NCBI GenBank assembly: GCA_001643675.2
Contig: LSRY02000016.1
Location: 744,001 to 808,000, forward strand
Direction of reading: 5' to 3'
Source of the DNA: Monocercomonoides exilis PA203
Taxonomy: Eukaryota; Protista; Preaxostyla
Length of the DNA stretch: 64,000 nt
Each line of letters opens with the position of its first letter. Position 1 is the first letter of the stretch. This document shows positions 23,422-34,900 of this stretch, piece after piece. Both the position numbers and the translations under genes were made by a program. A model generated the notes under the pieces. That model did not search any database and was not told where the DNA came from. It worked only from the letters and a program-made list of their open reading frames with translations.

Positions 23422-24900
23422 TTAATGTATTTTTAACTCCAAATACATGGAGTCACAAATTTTCGCCTTCTTTTTCCAAATCTTGCCATATTTTCTTCTT
23501 CTATTTTCCTCTATTCGGTTGTACTCAACATCTTCATAACAGTCATACAATCCTGCAGACAATAACTTTAGAACTACATATGGTGCAATAAACATAAAAG
23601 CTGCCAAAACAATATCAACAGGTATTAGTGCAACTGCAATTGATCTTATAATACCATCCATCCATAACGCACATAAAATTTGAACAATTTCAGCAGCCAC
23701 GTTCAAGATACATATTGCTATTCCAAAGAACGTTACATCGAGTTCGCGTCCAATGTAGAAAGAGAAAAATGCTCCAACTGCAAAATACAAATAGTTTCCA
23801 ATGGCTGCAACTGACCATGGAACGTTCCATCCAGCATCTTTCTTTAGGATGTTCATCACAAAGCCAACTAACTTTATAAAATTGCACAGATATGTTCCCA
23901 CTCGCAATTTCATCTTACCATCTTCCATTTGTTTTCCATCGATAAAAATCTTGAGTGCACATGGCACTAATATGATAAAGAGAAATTCTGGAATTCCAGC
24001 AACGCAAAGCCATCGAACGCCAAGTCCATCTGCAAATACGGAAAAACATAAAACGCTCGAAGGAATCATCAAAACGGCTGCAATTTGAAGGAAAGTGAAA
24101 TCAAAGATGTAAAACATCATCGGAAAATACAAAACAAATCCAAGAAAGAAAAATGCCCCTGCAGTTGTGAACAGATAAAAAAATCCGCTTGCACCCGATT
24201 GCGATTGATAATTATACCCAGCAATATGCAGCGTGACCAAGCCAAATATCATACATATTACTGAAGCAATACTAAACGGAATCAGAAGAACAACGCACAT
24301 TACATAACTTTTATGAAAGCATTTATCATTGCAAAGGCATTCGAATACATCTAAATATATTGGCTCGCCTTTTGGCATTTTAAGTAAATTCTTTTTATAT
24401 ATCCTATTTTCCAAAAGCAATTTAATTAGATTTATTTTTCGAATAAACAACGAAATAACAAAGAGGTCATTTGAAAAGTTCAAAAGATAAAACGGCAAAC
24501 TTATATGTTTCTTTATAACCTTTTGAAGAAAATCCATGGTCGGGCGCATTGTCCCAATCCTTTAAAAAATACTGAAGGTATATTAAATGAATTATTATAA
24601 ATCAAACTATGATTGTTTCTTTGGAAAAATCGAGCTTCGAACATTTTTTACCTTTAAATATTATATTTTTTCCATAATTATCACCAACAATTTTTTCTGC
24701 TTCTGTTTTCCAAAGGGTGTCGATATTTGATAAACGATGAAATTGATGATTCACTTTTCTTAATGCTTTCAATGTTGGAAAATCGCAATTCTGTAATATC
24801 CTATTAGTCAAATGAAATGAAACAATTTCACATTAAGGAAGCATAAAATATTAAACATCAGCGTTATTTCATCTGGTAATTCTCCTATCAAAACATGCAT
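23422..24900 (-). CDS. F-box protein fused to a multi-pass membrane domain (TMEM185/TMEM60-like)
   Basis: Introns 24856-24801, 24607-24560 and 24500-24404 join in frame: MHVLIGELPDEITLMILQNCDFPTLKALRKVNHQFHRLSNIDTLWK (canonical F-box), then about 8 hydrophobic helices with LKKDAGWNVPWSV and LWMDGIIRSIAVALIP motifs. TAA stop at 23422. Confidence 0.85.
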
Positions 24901-25370
24901 TAATAAAATGAAATTCAAGCTCCATTTCAAAAAACAAACCAAAGTAATTCATTGTTCCAAAGATTCTAGTTAAAAAAACAGTAAGGATATTTGAAAATAG
25001 CTCAATTAATTAAAAGAATTTTTCTTTAGAAATTTTTTATCCCTTAATTTTTTAATTAATTCACTTTGAGAATTTTTGAGGATGTTTGTTTTGGAGATAA
25101 TAGACCTATATTCGAATGTGTTTATCTTTTGCGAATTGTTTATTCTAATGTGAATGTTTTTTTCTTATCGCGGTTGACTCAATTTTTTTTGAAATATACT
25201 TTTCTTTTTTCTGCCGTTAAATGCATTTTTTATGATCAAAGTTTTGCTGATTACAATTTTTTATTTGAGAACTGATGATAACAAACAAGATTAAACTATA
25301 AAAAAAATGAAAAAGAAGGTTTGTTTGTTCAGTATTTTTATGTTTCTTTAAGTATTTTTTTGTTTCTGTA

Positions 25371-25766
25371 CAGATATCGCATAAAATACCGGACATCGCA
25401 CAAAATACCGGACAAGATTGATATCTCTATAACCACAAGAAGAAAAATTCTGTTAATTTTCCTCAAAATATATCTCATTGATTAAAACTCAGTTGATAAA
25501 CGAGACTTTCAGGACAGCTTCGCTTGAGCTCAGAAAAAATTATTTTTGAAATCTCGGAGAAACTCAAAATACTATTTCTCCGAGATTTCAAAAATAAATT
25601 TTTCTGAGCTCAAGCGAAGCTGTCCTGAAAGTCTCGTTTATCAACTGAGTTTTAATCAATGAGATATATTTTGAGGAAAATTAACAGAATTTTTCTTCTT
25701 GTGGTTATAGAGATATCAATCTTGTCCGGTATTTTGTGCGATGTCCGGTATTTTATGCGATATCTG
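25371..25766. mobile_element. Tc1/mariner(pogo)-type palindromic MITE with TA TSD
   Basis: TA|CAGATATCGC...GCGATATCTG|TA. 192-bp arms (25371-25562, 25575-25766) and a 12-nt loop. Tandem TCGCAYAAAATACCGGACA motif twice in each TIR. Confidence 0.95.
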
Positions 25767-26183
25767 TATGTTTGATTCGATTCTTGAAACTTTTAAAAAT
25801 TGTTCAAAAGCAAGGTGAGGATGGAATATTAATATATTTCATTTACATGAATCTAATCTATTTTTCGTTTTTTATTTTCCTCTCATATCAAATTTCACTA
25901 AATAACTTTTTTTGTCTTATTTTTTACATAATTTTGGAAATCCTTTTTATATTGTCAAACTTTTGTTAATTAGAGAAGTTTTTCATCTCAATCACACAAA
26001 ACAGTAATATAAATTAAAAAAAGGATATTTGAAGAATTTTCGAAAAATCTTTTTTTATTTGTGAGTGATGTGCAAAACAAATAACATTCGACAATTACAT
26101 AAACAATTATTGAATCAAAAACAATAAGAATAAAAAATTATAATAAAACTCTCTTATCATCATTATCTGCGATTCAAAAAATA

Positions 26184-26741
26184 TCAAAATAATTTGCTTC
26201 TTTCTGATTTCTTTTTCAAATAGATGTTTTTTAAATTTTTAGATGAAGAAGTTTTGCTTCGAGTGGAAATTGAACCTGAAGAAGCTGTGAAATTCAAAGA
26301 TGATTGTAAGTTACAATTTTGAGAAGGAAATGCACAAAAAGAAGATGGAAAAGTGAGATTTGAAGGAAAATACAAGTTTGGTTGAGGTAGAGAAGGCAGA
26401 AGCGAGACTATTGACGAAGATACAGATATAGAATGCAATTGTGTTGCTGTTAATTGAGTTGAAGAAGATTGTATCGAGGATGATTGAGATGAGCAAAATG
26501 TGATTGGAAAATCAGTTGATGATGAAACTCGATGATGACATGCAGATTTCCATTGGGAGGGAAGATGCCATAAAGATGTGTAGTCTATGGTTTCATGATC
26601 GTTGACTTCATTTTCGGATTTTCTTTGATCTTCATTTTCTTCTCCATTTCTTTCATCTCGTTCACAAACCTTTATCTTTTTTTTCTTTTCATGATCTTTT
26701 TCACGTGTTGTTGCACTTGAGTATGGGTCACAGCATTCCAT
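26184..26741 (-). pseudogene. Possible 3' fragment of a low-complexity Ser-rich host gene
   Basis: 185-aa ORF with an E/K-rich then S-rich composition, immediately downstream of a TE cluster; no domain recognised. Confidence 0.3.
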
Positions 26742-26811
26742 TAAGACTTCTCGAATTAATTAATAATGGTATATTGTTGATGAAATTGTTGTTTTTTCAA
26801 AGTTTTAAACA

Positions 26812-28402
26812 TCAATATGGGTCAAAAAATGAAAACAAGACTGAATCGTTATTAAAAAATACTGAAAAACATGAAGTTGTCGGTGATGATGAATTCAATC
26901 TATTTCTTTGTTTTTCCAAATCCTTCGAATTAACTTCTAATTTCACTTTGTGCTTTCTGACATTTTCAACTTGCAACTTAGCAAACATATATATATAAAC
27001 AGTCTAAACCGGATATAATCACATCGGTTTTTGCACGACTTATTGTGACTATATCCGATTGTGATTATGTTCGATGATGCTTTACAGAGAAAAAAATAAA
27101 AATTGATAAATAAAACAATTTATTTTGTGTCGGTTTTTTTTTTAGGAAATTCTACACAAATACACTTTTTTCATTTGCTTGAACAATTTTGATCACAAAT
27201 ACACATTATTTTGACTTATTTGAGCACATTTTTGAAAAAACAAAAAATTGAGTTTTTTGATCAAAAAATCGATTTTTCATTGAAAAAAGCGCTCATAATA
27301 ATATTAAATGTTATGAAATATATTTTGCCTTGTGATTATATGCCATGGAAAATGAATGAAAAAGAGGCTAATATGTCGGTGCATGGATAATTGTGACTAT
27401 ATACGAATGTGATTGTATTCGACGTGATTATATCCGGTTTTGACTGTATATATTATTGGCTTCAAAATCTGAAGATGCCAAAGGATTCTGTAAAATATGA
27501 AAATTTGTTAAACAAACAGTAACAATAAAAAAATCTCCAACAACTTCGATGCTTAATGACCAATGCTGTCGAAATACAGCAAAGACCGTCTTTAACCTTC
27601 CGAAAAAACGTTCAATGATCACCCTGTGCTTAGATAACTCAGGGGTACCACAAGGCTTCGTAATGTGTGCACCTAGCCATGTTTTTGCTCCAATGTGAGC
27701 TGAGTCTGCTAAGAGTTTTGCTTTTCCTAATTTATTCTCAAACGTTGGATAATGATGTTGAAAGACAATATAATCATGTGTGCTTCCAGGAAAAACATCG
27801 CTGACAGTGCTGGCAATTCCAAGTTTGGGATTGACTCCCACTTCCGCTTTAACACAATATGAATGGTGCTTTCCACTGAAAAACTTCATTCCGTCTTCAA
27901 TTTTTCCACTTGGTCGGTTTATTGGTAGAATAGTACAATCGACAATTAATCCCACATCCTGAATTTCTCTCACACGATCATTTCTAAAAGTTAATAGCAA
28001 ATCCAAAAGTGGTTGTTTCACCAAGTGGCAAATGTCATTCAATAAATGGATCACGGCAGAATGAGAATTGTAGTATGATTTTGTTATATGACTTTTCATT
28101 TTAGTCGATCCGAGATGAAGAAAATTCAATAAAATAAATAGTTGGTCTTCAAAATTGTTGATATATTTTTTTCTTCCTCGATGCGGAGTAATTTCTAGAT
28201 CGAGAAGTTGAAGAAGAATATCAAATTCATTTTTAGAAAATCCAGTGAGACGAAAAAATCCATTCAAAGGATCCTTAATAAATTCTGTTGATATTTCAAT
28301 CAATGATTTTTTCGCCGATGTGGAAACAGTTTCAACATGAGAAGGAACTGCAATTCTTTTTTCGACATTACAAAGAATGTTTTGCAATGTTGATTATTCC
28401 AT
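26812..28402 (-). pseudogene. PIF/Harbinger-ISL2EU (DDE_Tnp_4-type) transposase, inactivated
   Basis: Motifs FFRLTGF, LIVDCT, FFSGKHHSYCVK, PGSTHDY, LADSAHIG, HRVIIERFFGRLK. ATG at 28402 is followed by TAA at codon 3. The C-terminus is interrupted by the MITE at 27000-27446 and resumes as MFAKLQVENVRKHKVKLE...FDPY* to 26812. Confidence 0.85.
27000..27446. mobile_element. pogo/Tc1-mariner-type MITE inserted in a (TA)n run inside the Harbinger-like transposase
   Basis: TIRs CAGTC(T/A)AAACCGGATATAATCAC(A/G)TCG, repeated internal GTGAYTATATCCG-like motifs, TA on the right flank and a TA-rich left flank. Confidence 0.9.
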
Positions 28403-28738
28403 GATAAAAAATATATCAAAAAGAATGAACTGATCAGTTCCATTAATTAAAATGAAAATTATGTGATTGAATACCAACATTTTCACAATTGTGAATGATT
28501 CAATCTTTTTCAAATTTTCGAGATTTTTTTGAATATTTATTTTTCGTTTTATATTTTATGCAAACTTTTTGGAAATGAGATGATAATTCAAAATTAGGTC
28601 AAATGAATATTTATTTATCAATAATAAAAGTTTAGCCTCTGCGACACAAAAAATTCTCTGTCAATTTGTTGGTATAGATGGAAGGCCTTTGTCGAGAAAT
28701 AATTGGATATCCAATTTGCCAATTTTTTGATACGAAGT

Positions 28739-28994
28739 GGGTGATTATTTTTGAAATCATATTTTTTCATTCAAAAATTTCTGTGCAAAAATATTTCTAG
28801 AATATCAATAAAAAAAAGTGAAAAGTGAAAAGGCTTATTGAATGCATTTTAATCTTTGATTCTTAAAAAAACATTTGTTTTTAAAAACAATTATCAAACT
28901 TTTTCTCTTTTGAATAAAAAATTTCTAACAAAAAACAAACAATCTTTGAAAATCAACACCCCGAAAAAAGATATGATTTCAAAAATAATCACCC
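28739..28994. mobile_element. Small GGG...CCC MITE nested in the hAT MITE
   Basis: GGGTGATTATTTTTGAAATCATAT ... ATATGATTTCAAAAATAATCACCC|AT, perfect 24-bp TIRs. The terminus resembles those at 1146 and 38728. Confidence 0.75.
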
Positions 28995-29067
28995 ATATTG
29001 ATAGTTTTTTTTGCGAAACGTGAACAAAAATGTATTTATTTCTTGAAAACAAAACAAAACTATAATA

Positions 29068-29166
<99 letters not shown>

Positions 29167-29167
29167 A
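29068..29167. repeat. (TAAA)25 microsatellite
   Basis: Perfect tetranucleotide array inside the hAT MITE. Confidence 0.97.
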
Positions 29168-29619
29168 CTTGATAGAATTGTCTGTCGACTTGCCAAAAGG
29201 AACAAAAAATGAAGGTCTGTCACAGAGGCTTAAATAAAAGTTAGTCAAAGAAGGTTAGCGGGAACAAAACGCACTGTTGAAAAAAGTTTTCATTTTGAAA
29301 TATTCTAAATAAAGTTTCAATAATACGTTATTATGAAACTATTTATATGGTGAATGAATAGATTAAAAAGTGTTTGAGAAAAAAAAACTGAAATTTTTGA
29401 CATAGGTCTAAATTGAACCAGTTGCGAATTTCACTGTCTTTAATAAAATTTTACAATATTATTGATTGTTATAATTTATAATCTCTGTATTATCTCAAAA
29501 ATTCAAAAAACAATAGTATAAAATTTTTAAATATTAAATTCAAAAATTTTGATCGATAACCCACAATAAATTATAAAATTTCGAAATTTGAATTAATAAA
29601 ATAATTTGAAGACACTTTG

Positions 29620-30744
29620 ATGAGCGTTGAAACCACAGATATTGAATTACCAACTTTCACAAAATTTTTAATCGATTCAGCGGGAAGTGATGAGAAAGCA
29701 TTAGAGATATTTAAATCATTTGGGATTTTGAAAGATAAGGTTAGATGCAGAGTGTGCAAAAATGAAATGATTTTGAAACAATGGAGAAAAGTGAAAAAGA
29801 ATTACTCCTATAGATGTATGAAATGCGGATTAGAAGAATATTGGACGAACGAAACAATTTTTTGTGGAAGAAAATTATCACCATTCACCATTATATGTTT
29901 GCTGTATCATTTTTGGAGCAAACACTCTCCTGATGAAACGGTTGAAGAAACAATGACATCAAAACAAACTGTCATATGTTTCATTGAACAAATGAGAAGA
30001 ATATGTGCTTTTATTGAAATAAATAAAAAAGAAAAAATTGGAAATGAAAAAATAGTCGAAATGGATGAAACGCTTATTTCCAAAAGGAAAAATGGAAAAG
30101 GAAGAGTAAGAGAAGAGCAATGGATGTGGGGTGCGATAGAACGGAAAAATGAAACAAATGAAAGAAAAATGAAAACTGAATTTCTGCCAGACAGAACAGA
30201 AGAAACATTATTGAAATTTATAAAAAACGATATTGTGACATCAGCAACACTCTTCTCTGACATGTAGTTAGCCTACAACAATATTAAAAATGAAGGATAT
30301 AAACTAGAAAGTGTCAATCACAAAGAAAATTTTGTAAAACCAGAAAACAAATCAGTTTACACTCAAACAATTGAATCCATGTGGTCGCACATTAAACAGT
30401 GGATTCCAAAAAGAAAAAGGTCATTAACGAAAAAAAAGGAATATATTTACGAATACATTTGCAGATTTAACAATGGAAAGAAACTGAAACAATTTTTACA
30501 CGACGTTTCAAAAATCAGCGTTGAAGAATTAAAAGACTTCCTCATAACATTTGAAGACTGTGAAAAAGAAATAAATGAAACGTTAAAAAAAGAAAAACAA
30601 ATAATGAACGAAATATACAAAAAGAAAAAAAGAAATGAACATGAATCAAAAGAAGAGTATGCATTCTTCAATGAAGATGATTTTGATGCGTTGCCAAAGA
30701 AAAAGAAAAGAAAAAGAACAAAAATTATACAGAAAAGAGATTAA
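29620..30744 (+). pseudogene. Merlin/ISXO2 (IS1595-family) transposase with a nonsense mutation
   Basis: Zn ribbon CRVC...CMKC, IVEMDET, WMWGAIER, SDM*LAY (TAG at the Trp that is SDEWRAY in the 62551-63597 copy), SVNHKENF, TQTIESMW. Confidence 0.9.
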
Positions 30745-31247
30745 ACAACAAACATAAATGAAATAGAAAACGAAATATCAAACGAAGTTGTTGATAACGT
30801 TGAAGAAGACGGTGAAGAAGGTGGTGAAGAAGGTGGTGAAGAATGTGGTGTAGAAAATAGAGAAACAGACATTGACCAGAGAGATGAAAATGTATTATCA
30901 GACATATATGGTTTTTTTGAAGAAAGGAAAAAACGAAAGCGAAAAACAACAACATTCAAACAACAAATGGAAATTATGAGCAAAGGAAGTGAAACCCTTT
31001 ATGAAAACACAGAATTTTACATCAATCAGAGAATGAAAACATTCAACAAAAAATGTGAAAGAAAACTGAAGAAACTGGAAGATCAGTTTCACACCAGGTT
31101 GCTTTGAAGCAAACTGAAAACAAAAACAGCTGGTTCTGTCACCAAACCAATCTTGTTGTGGCTTTCTATAACAGGTTCGTCCAGTTGATTTATTATGGTC
31201 ATATTTATATTCATTTCCACATCAACGTATTCAATAAACATTTTTTA

Positions 31248-31855
31248 CACCAAAAATAATTCAAAGTCGAAAAAGTTTCAAACGAAATCGAAACCTTGAC
31301 AAAAAAATGAACGATTAATATAGAAAATTCAATTGAAGTGGATCTTTGTTCTTTTGTTTTTGTGAATATTATCAGCAATGTGTGTGTTGTTGATTTCTGC
31401 AAAATATGAGGATTTAGAATCAAAATAAACTCTTTTATAAACTCTAGACAAATTTTTTAACATTTGTTTTTTTCCATATAAAATGAATATTTTGATATGA
31501 AAAACTCGAAATATGAAATCCAATTTTGAGTTCATCATTCTTCATAAATTGAGAAAAAATATGAATAAAAATTTTTTTCCAATCTTTTGAAAAGCAATGC
31601 ATTTCAATTGAAATATGATAAAATTATGTCATTATATCTCTCATATTTTAAAATTTTTGTAATTGGACAAAAGAATGCAAAGAAAAACATCGGAAAAAAG
31701 ATGAAAAATCATTAAGACAACAAATATCATTGATATTTCAAAAATAAAAATGTTTTTTTGACTTTTATTGATTTTTGTCAACTCTTTGAAATTTTAAAAA
31801 ATTTCGAACTTTCGACTTTGGTTGAAAGTTTTTCGATTTTGAATAATTTTTGGTG
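31248..31855. mobile_element. MITE with about 46-bp imperfect TIRs and TA TSD
   Basis: TA|CACCAAAAATAATTCAAAGTCGAAAAAGTTTCAA ... TTGAAAGTTTTTCGATTTTGAATAATTTTTGGTG|TA. Confidence 0.8.
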
Positions 31856-31917
31856 TATTTCATATCATTCAAATAAACTTATCAACATATTTCTATTGAG
31901 AAGGAATCAGTATTCTT

Positions 31918-34900
31918 TTATTTGGAGGAATTTGCATTCAACGTTAAGAATCTCTCATTAATAATGAAAACCCATTTTACGATACAATTCATTAATTCGA
32001 ACAATGCTCTTCTCAACATTAGGCAATAACCAATTCCATTTGTACAATCCTTTTTTCTTTCAACTTTTTCATTGACTGTTTCTGCTTCTTTTTCTCCATC
32101 CTTTGCACAATTCCAAATCCCCCCATCATTGGATCTTCTAATCTGCATCATGCTTCCATTATCAACAGAATTCACACATTTTCCAAATGAGCAGTTCAGC
32201 ACACTCACCTCTTGTTCAGCATCTTCCATCCCAATCACACACCCATTCAACAACAGAGTCACATTCTCTACTCCAATCTCTTTCATCTCCACTTTCGCTT
32301 TCCCTCCAATGCTCACAACATCTCCCTCACATTCAATGTTCGACATTCTTGCTTCATCATTTGTCACATCTGATGCTTCACGAAAGGAAAGCACCGATCT
32401 TGTTGAATGAAAATCTTTAAATGCTAAATCAAATATCTTCAGCTCTCCGCTTTCCACACCAACAACCGAACTGTTCAGCTTCATATCAACCGTTGTTGCT
32501 GATGAGTAGAACTCGCATTTTTGAATCTCCATTGACCCGTTCTTCACTTTCATGATGAAACTGTGAGAAGCCTCAAACGTATCTTCAAACTCGAATGAGT
32601 ACCTCTCCACAGCGCTTTCGTTTGTAAACTCCATGATGCAATCCTTCTCTGCCGATTTCTCAATCTTAGATTTCAGCTTCACGATCGCCTGTGTCTTTTT
32701 GAATGAGTTCTCATTCAGATCTCCAATCACACATTCGCCCGAAACCACTCCTTCTCCGTCAATCAGAATCGCATTCATCACTCCTTGCTCAATGTGGTCA
32801 ATGGCACCATTGATGCTGAGGCATAAATAGCTCTGTACCACTCATCGTCTTCCATCCTCCCCTTCTGCATTCTCAAATACTTGAAGACCCTTAAAGAATG
32901 AAATCCGTGGAATAACATCAATGTCAGTATTTCCTTCCGAATCACTCCCACAGATGGAGTTGTTTGTCTGTAATAATTCCTGATTATAGTTCAAAGCAAA
33001 CAGTGTTTCGTTGACCTGGCGTTCAATCGAGTGGCATTTGATGAATATGTCATTCCCCACAAATGCCTCATTCATTTAGAATAGGATGTTCATAATCTTT
33101 AAATTAAGAGGCAGAAAGTAATATTCATCAGCATAATTGATATTCGAGTCTGCTCCATCGATTAACAGTCCTCCTCCTCGCCCTGTCTCAGTCGAGCATC
33201 TGCATGTCGAAAATGAGCTCCCATTCACCTTCAAAACCGATTCTCCACTCTTCAGCCCCAGTTTCATTCCTTCTCCTTCTGTGTTCAAATCGCTCCTGCA
33301 CGTGGACATTGTGCAGTCTTCGATCGTGCATTCCACTCCATCTTCAAATGATCCAACATCAACAACACTCGCTCCAATCCCTTCATTCGTGATGTTCGCA
33401 AATGAACACCCAATAACTCTCAGAACTGGTCTATTCCCATTTGAAAATACCTTCTTTTCTCCATTCATCTGGTTTTCCTCTTCCATCATCGAAATCACAC
33501 TTCTTTCTGTCACATCTGCAAATGAGATGTTCACATTCTGAAGTGTCACCTGGCTCACACTTGGCCTGAACGCAATCAACCCTTTCAACTCTGATATCAA
33601 ACTCAACGAACTCCTCTCAATCACAACACTCCCCCCATTCACTCTCATCACACAATATCCAAAACTTTCTTCCACCCCTCTCCCTGGGTTAAATGAACAA
33701 TCAGAGACAGACAATAATGTGTTTGTTCCGGAGGATTCAATCAACACTTCATGATGGGTTGTGATGGTTGGTTTGGTGAATGACACATCGAAAAATGACA
33801 GGTCCACATTCGATGATATTATTGAATCATTCAGATCATTCTCGTCTTCATCACTTATGATCAAAGCTGTTCCTTTCTTTGTCTCTTCAAACATCACTTG
33901 TGGCTTCTCTGAATCTGATAAAGCTTGCAATGAAGAAGAAGCGAATGAAATGGAATGGTTCAACGGCCCTGATCCCACAATGTTGATGTGCGATTCCCCT
34001 TTTCCAAGCGTTGGATATCGAAGTGATATCACGTGCTCAATCGATGAGCATGGTGCTTCAGAATACCCACACCCGCTGAAGTCTCCTCCTTCTTTTCCCG
34101 AACCAAATCCATCCTTGCTCCAATTATCCCACAAATACACAACCAATTGAATCACATATCCATTTTCTCCTGTGCTAGTTCTCTTCCATCCACACAGCTC
34201 ATCCAATGACTTCTCATCACTTGCACTCAATCCCCATTTCAGTTGTTTGTTTGACATAACCTCACTCAGGTTATTTCCAGATATAACCACTTTCTTTCCT
34301 TTCCATGCATTGCAACTTTCAAATGATATTCCCCCCAACACAAATTTTGAAATTGGATCTGGAAGCTTTATAAACGCTCATCCTCCCATTGCTCTCCCTC
34401 CTTCCTCTCTATCCTCCGTTGGCACTTCACATCCCGAAAATTTCACACTCGTCATATTCAAGCTCCCACTTTTCCCTGCTGATAATATCGTTACTCCTCC
34501 TTTCATCTTTCCTGCACCTGTGCATGTTGATAAAAAATTGAAATATTCAACAACAATAACAGTTGCACTCCCTTCGTTGCTCATCACCACATTCATGCTT
34601 CATCCACTTCCCACACTTCCTCCACTTCACATACTTCCTCCTCTCCCTCCGCTCAAACCCGACACATCCACTCCTTTTATTCTGCTGTTCGTCATCTCCA
34701 ATCTCACTCTGTTTGTTATCGTTATTGGCTACTTCCCATTCGTCGTCAGTGTTGTTGCAATTTCCATCATCAATCCATCCACAATCAGTTCTCCTCCATC
34801 AATGTTCAGGATGTTGTATCCAATCTTTTCATTAGCTTATTCATCGCTTGTAAACGATACAGAACAGCTTGTTATCGTGATTGTTGATGTCGAAGAATGG

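Larger units (their letters stand above)
28631..29232. mobile_element. hAT-family MITE with 8-bp TSD AATAAAAG
   Basis: Ends TTAGCCTCTGCGACA / TGTCACAGAGGCTTA resemble the TAGGCCTTTGCGACA TIR of 56942-62051. AATAAAAG occurs at 28623-28630 and 29233-29240 (left TIR offset by 1 nt). Confidence 0.8.

Noticed and set aside
28894-29248. ORFs with (FIYL)n repeats
   Set aside because: They are translations of the (TAAA)25 microsatellite.
30265-30267. In-frame TAG in a transposase as a sign of a TAR=Gln genetic code (known in some oxymonads) or of readthrough
   Set aside because: It falls on a conserved Trp (TGG to TAG). Intact genes here end in TAA/TGA and the 2731-aa ORF has no internal TAR, so it is a nonsense mutation under the standard code.
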